A stretch of DNA of 32,000 nucleotides from NCBI RefSeq assembly GCF_000175255.2, contig NC_017262.1, positions 1,740,001 to 1,772,000 of the forward strand. Direction: 5' to 3'. Within the stretch, counting starts at the first letter, position 1; each line of letters starts with the position of its first letter. Under the pieces are notes generated by a model. It made no database searches. It was not told the DNA's origin and saw nothing but the letters and a program-made list of their open reading frames with translations. The stretch comes from Zymomonas mobilis subsp. mobilis ATCC 10988 (GTDB taxonomy: Bacteria; Pseudomonadota; Alphaproteobacteria; Sphingomonadales; Sphingomonadaceae). Below are positions 28,879-32,000 of the stretch, piece by piece. The translations under genes were made by a program, and so were the position numbers.

Positions 28879-29228
28879 GCTCTGCCAAAATAGGGATATT
28901 CATCCATAATAAAAATAGAAAAAAAAGAAAATTATCGTTTCCATTTTTGATCTAATCAATTGTCTCAAACGCTGCATCAAAAGCAGCTTGTTCTTTCTTC
29001 TGCTCAAAATGGCAGATCAGGCTTTCCTCAAAAAACGCAAAAAGACAAAAAAAATTGCAGCGGTAATGAAAAAATAAAAGAAATTTTGAAAATTTTTGCC
29101 GCTTTTATGTGGAAGCGGATATTTTATCTATTTACAGTCTCGACGAGACAATCTTTGTTGTTTTTAAACAAAAATCAGTAAGATGATGCTGTTTTGGAAA
29201 CAATGATTCAACGGGGGGATATATTTTT

Positions 29229-31163
29229 ATGAAGCGTTCCTTGCTATTTTTGCTAGCGACCAGTGCCATCGCTTGGCAGGCACAAGCGATACCAGCTGGA
29301 AATTCTGCACCTCAACCTATGGCGATATCTGAAACGATTCCGGCTGCGGTTGATAAACCTTATAGCGGTCTCATCCGTCTTAATGTCGATGCCACAGACA
29401 CGCAGCGCGGCATTGTTCGGGTAACGGAAACGATTCCTGTTCAGGCTGGTGCGCTGACTTTGCTCTATCCTGAATGGTTGCCGGGACATCATAGTCCATC
29501 AGGCCCCATCGAAAAATTGGCAGGTTTGATTGTTACCGCCAATAATCAGGTTATTCCTTGGCAACGCGATTCTGTCGATGTTTATGCCTTTCATCTTGAT
29601 ATTCCGGCAGGCGTGACCGAAATCACCGCCCAATATCAATATCTCTCTCCTACTTCGGAGTCGCAGGGAAGAATCCAGTCCACACCGGAAATGGTCAATT
29701 TGCAGTGGAATACGCTGGCTTTATATCCGGCCGGATATTTTACCCGCCAAATCCAGATACAGCCGACCGTTATTTATCCAACGGGTTGGAAATCGGCTTC
29801 TGCTTTAGAAATTTCTGGTATCACACCTGATGGACAGACACCCAATGTCGTCCAATATAAAACTACCGATTTTGATACGCTAATTGATTCGCCGGTAATG
29901 GCGGGTCGTTATACGCGGACAGAAACGCTCGCCCCCGGGGTTCGTCTCAATCTTATAGCAGACAAACCCGAAGATATGGTGATGACGGACAAACAGCTTA
30001 ACGCGCATCGCCAGCTTATTACTCAAGCCGTAAAACTTTACGGCGCACAACATTATAGCCATTATGATTTCTTGCTGGCTTTGTCCGAAAAGCTCGGTGG
30101 TATTGGCTTAGAACATCACCAATCTTCCGAAGATGGGGAAGGGGCTGATTACTTCTCGAAATGGGATAAATCAGCCGTTGGTCGTGATCTCCTCGCCCAT
30201 GAATATAACCATAGCTGGAATGGTAAATATCGCCGCCCTGCTGATCTTTGGACACCGGACTATAAAACGCCGATGCGGGATAGCCTCCTTTGGGTGTATG
30301 AAGGTCAAACCCAGTTTTGGGGTTATGTATTGGCCGCGCGTTCCGGTCTGTGGCAGCAAAAAGATGCCTTGGAAGCCTTGGCTTTGGTGGCTGCCACTTA
30401 CGACAATCGGGCAGGCCGCCGCTGGCGTCCGGTGGAAGATACCACTAATGATCCGATTATTTCGCAACGCCGCCCCAAAGGCTGGCTAAGCTGGCAACGT
30501 TCCGAAGATTACTACAGTGAAGGTCAGTTGATCTGGCTTGATGTTGATAGCCTGCTCCGGCAACAGACTCATGGCAAACATTCGCTTGACGATTTTGCAA
30601 AAGCCTTTTTCGGAATGCGTGACCGTGATTGGGGTGAGTTAACCTATAATTTTGACGATGTCGTCAAAACCTTAAATGACATCATGCCTTATGACTGGGC
30701 AGCCTTCTTTAACCAGCGTTTGAATCAGCGTTCGACTCATGCGCCTTTGGACTGGATCAGCCGTGGCGGTTACAAACTGGTTTACAGTGATGAGCCAACC
30801 GACTGGATCAAAGGTGTTGAAGGCGCGCGCCATATGGCCGAGTTGTCTTTCTCTTTGGGATTATCGACTTCTGAAAAAGGCAAAGTCTCTTCGGTTATGT
30901 GGGATAGCCCTGCCTTTAACGCTGGATTGACCGTAGGAAGTGAATTGGTCGCGGTTGATGGTCATGCCTTTAGCAATGATCTGCTAAAAACAGCGATCAA
31001 AAATGCCAAGGCCAATAAAACGCCGATCAAATTGCTCATCAAGCAAGGCGATAATTATCGGGATGTCGCGATTCCTTATTATGACGGCTTGCGTTACCCG
31101 CGCCTTGAGAAAATCGATAAAACCCATAGCTATCTCGAGGATTTACTCGCAGCCAAAAATTAA
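29229..31163 (+). CDS. Secreted M61-family (glycyl aminopeptidase-type) zinc metallopeptidase with C-terminal PDZ domain
   Basis: Signal peptide MKRSLLFLLATSAIAWQAQA, the HExxH motif in LLAHEYNHSWNGKYRRP, and a PDZ-like C-terminus (AGLTVGSELVAVDGHAF). Confidence 0.88.
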   Translation: MKRSLLFLLATSAIAWQAQAIPAGNSAPQPMAISETIPAAVDKPYSGLIRLNVDATDTQRGIVRVTETIPVQAGALTLLYPEWLPGHHSPSGPIEKLAGLIVTANNQVIPWQRDSVDVYAFHLDIPAGVTEITAQYQYLSPTSESQGRIQSTPEMVNLQWNTLALYPAGYFTRQIQIQPTVIYPTGWKSASALEISGITPDGQTPNVVQYKTTDFDTLIDSPVMAGRYTRTETLAPGVRLNLIADKPEDMVMTDKQLNAHRQLITQAVKLYGAQHYSHYDFLLALSEKLGGIGLEHHQSSEDGEGADYFSKWDKSAVGRDLLAHEYNHSWNGKYRRPADLWTPDYKTPMRDSLLWVYEGQTQFWGYVLAARSGLWQQKDALEALALVAATYDNRAGRRWRPVEDTTNDPIISQRRPKGWLSWQRSEDYYSEGQLIWLDVDSLLRQQTHGKHSLDDFAKAFFGMRDRDWGELTYNFDDVVKTLNDIMPYDWAAFFNQRLNQRSTHAPLDWISRGGYKLVYSDEPTDWIKGVEGARHMAELSFSLGLSTSEKGKVSSVMWDSPAFNAGLTVGSELVAVDGHAFSNDLLKTAIKNAKANKTPIKLLIKQGDNYRDVAIPYYDGLRYPRLEKIDKTHSYLEDLLAAKN

Positions 31164-31178
31164 TTTTGATCCATGATG

Positions 31179-31228
31179 AAAAGCAGTCAGGTATAAAGCC
31201 GATTTCGGTGCTTGCCTGACTGCTTTTT
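31179..31228 (+). terminator. Intrinsic terminator after the M61 peptidase gene
   Basis: AAAAGCAGTCAGG (31179-31191) pairs perfectly with CCTGACTGCTTTT (31215-31227). The T5 run is at 31224-31228. It starts 16 nt after the stop. Confidence 0.75.
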
Positions 31229-31246
31229 CAGTCTTATTGAAAAAGA

Positions 31247-32000
31247 GTGCAGATTTCTTCTCCTCTCCGTCTGGAATTAGACAAATCAGCCCTGATGGCA
31301 AACTGGCAAAGTTTGAACCGGATAACGGCTGGTCATTGTGGTGCCGCGATCAAGGCCAATGGCTATGGTTTAGGGGCTGAACGCGTTCGTCATTATCTGG
31401 CACAGGCCGGATGTCGCGATTTTTTTGTTTCCAGTTGGGATGAAGCTCGCTTACTCGATAGCTCGGAAAAAGATTTCTCCCTTTCTGTTCTCCATGGCCT
31501 AAGGGAAGATGACCTCGGCTATGCTCTGAATTCTTCGGTCAAGCCGGTTTTATGTAGTCCAGCGATGATTGCCCGCTGGAAAGCTCACGCGCCGAACCGT
31601 CCCTGCGATGTCATGGTCGATACTGGAATGAATCGGCTGGGTCTTTCGATGGAAGAGGCGGGTTCAGGCCTGCTGGATGGTCTTTCTATCGACAATATTT
31701 TGAGCCATCTGGCCTGTGCAGACGAGGCAGATCACCCGCTTAATCAAAAGCAGCTTGAACGCTTTCGGATTTTAGCCGCCAGAAAACAGGCAAAACGCTA
31801 TAGTTTGGCTAATTCTGCCGGTATTTTTCTCAGCAAAGACTATCATTTTGATCTGGCGCGTCCGGGCTTGGCGCTTTACGGCGGCCTGCCTGTTCCGCAA
31901 TCCAAAGATATTCTGAAACCCGTCGTTGCTATTGCCGCCCAAGCCATTCAGGTAAGAGAAGTCAGCGCCGGTGAGGCGATTGGCTATGGTGCTTGTTTTG
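31247..32000 (+). CDS. alr: Alanine racemase, N-terminal about 251 codons; runs off the window end
   Basis: Not in the track because it is open-ended. My translation from GTG 31247 is VQISSPLRLELDKSALMANWQSLNRITAGHCGAAIKANGYGLGAERV...DTGMNRLGL...SHLACADE.... The PLP-lysine motif is AIKANGYGLG. An in-frame TGA at 31238-31240 bounds the start. Confidence 0.88.
   Translation, partial: MQISSPLRLELDKSALMANWQSLNRITAGHCGAAIKANGYGLGAERVRHYLAQAGCRDFFVSSWDEARLLDSSEKDFSLSVLHGLREDDLGYALNSSVKPVLCSPAMIARWKAHAPNRPCDVMVDTGMNRLGLSMEEAGSGLLDGLSIDNILSHLACADEADHPLNQKQLERFRILAARKQAKRYSLANSAGIFLSKDYHFDLARPGLALYGGLPVPQSKDILKPVVAIAAQAIQVREVSAGEAIGYGACF

Overview
The window reads as a core chromosomal segment of an alphaproteobacterium, almost certainly Zymomonas mobilis. 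I recognise the ADH II (adhB), enolase and lipoyl-domain E1-beta (pdhB) protein sequences from memory; no search was run. Gene order: dnaG (-, partial, open at the window edge so absent from the ORF track) | 0.9 kb gap with a 36-codon ORF | yqeY-like (-) | carA, carB (+) | greA, rhomboid protease (+) | perfect 7-bp microsatellite | MlaC/HpnM-like (-) | yqjK/yqjE/yqjD-like membrane operon (-) | eno, ftsB-like, pdhA, pdhB (+) | NPP-type phosphodiesterase (+) | DUF442/TIGR01244 protein (-) | Tat-signal alpha/beta hydrolase (-) | rnhA, thrB (-) | hpnN, dxs (-) | adhB (-) | about 1.2 kb AT-rich non-coding gap | M61 peptidase (+) | alr (+, partial). I found no rRNA, tRNA, transposase, integrase, CRISPR array or recognisable defence or toxin system, so this is mostly housekeeping and central-metabolism DNA. 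The unusual signals are mainly non-coding: (1) a mismatch-free (ACAAGCC)x19.6 array between convergent genes; (2) an isolated GC-rich stem-loop whose loop is C8-UCCUCCUC on the minus strand (anti-Shine-Dalgarno-like), inside the AT-rich gap upstream of adhB; (3) a His-rich YqjD-like protein with a Cys/His tail in a yqjDEK-like operon; (4) long perfect or near-perfect inverted repeats at two promoter regions; (5) a strongly SD-preceded 36-aa hydrophobic ORF. All functional readings of these are hypotheses from sequence inspection only.
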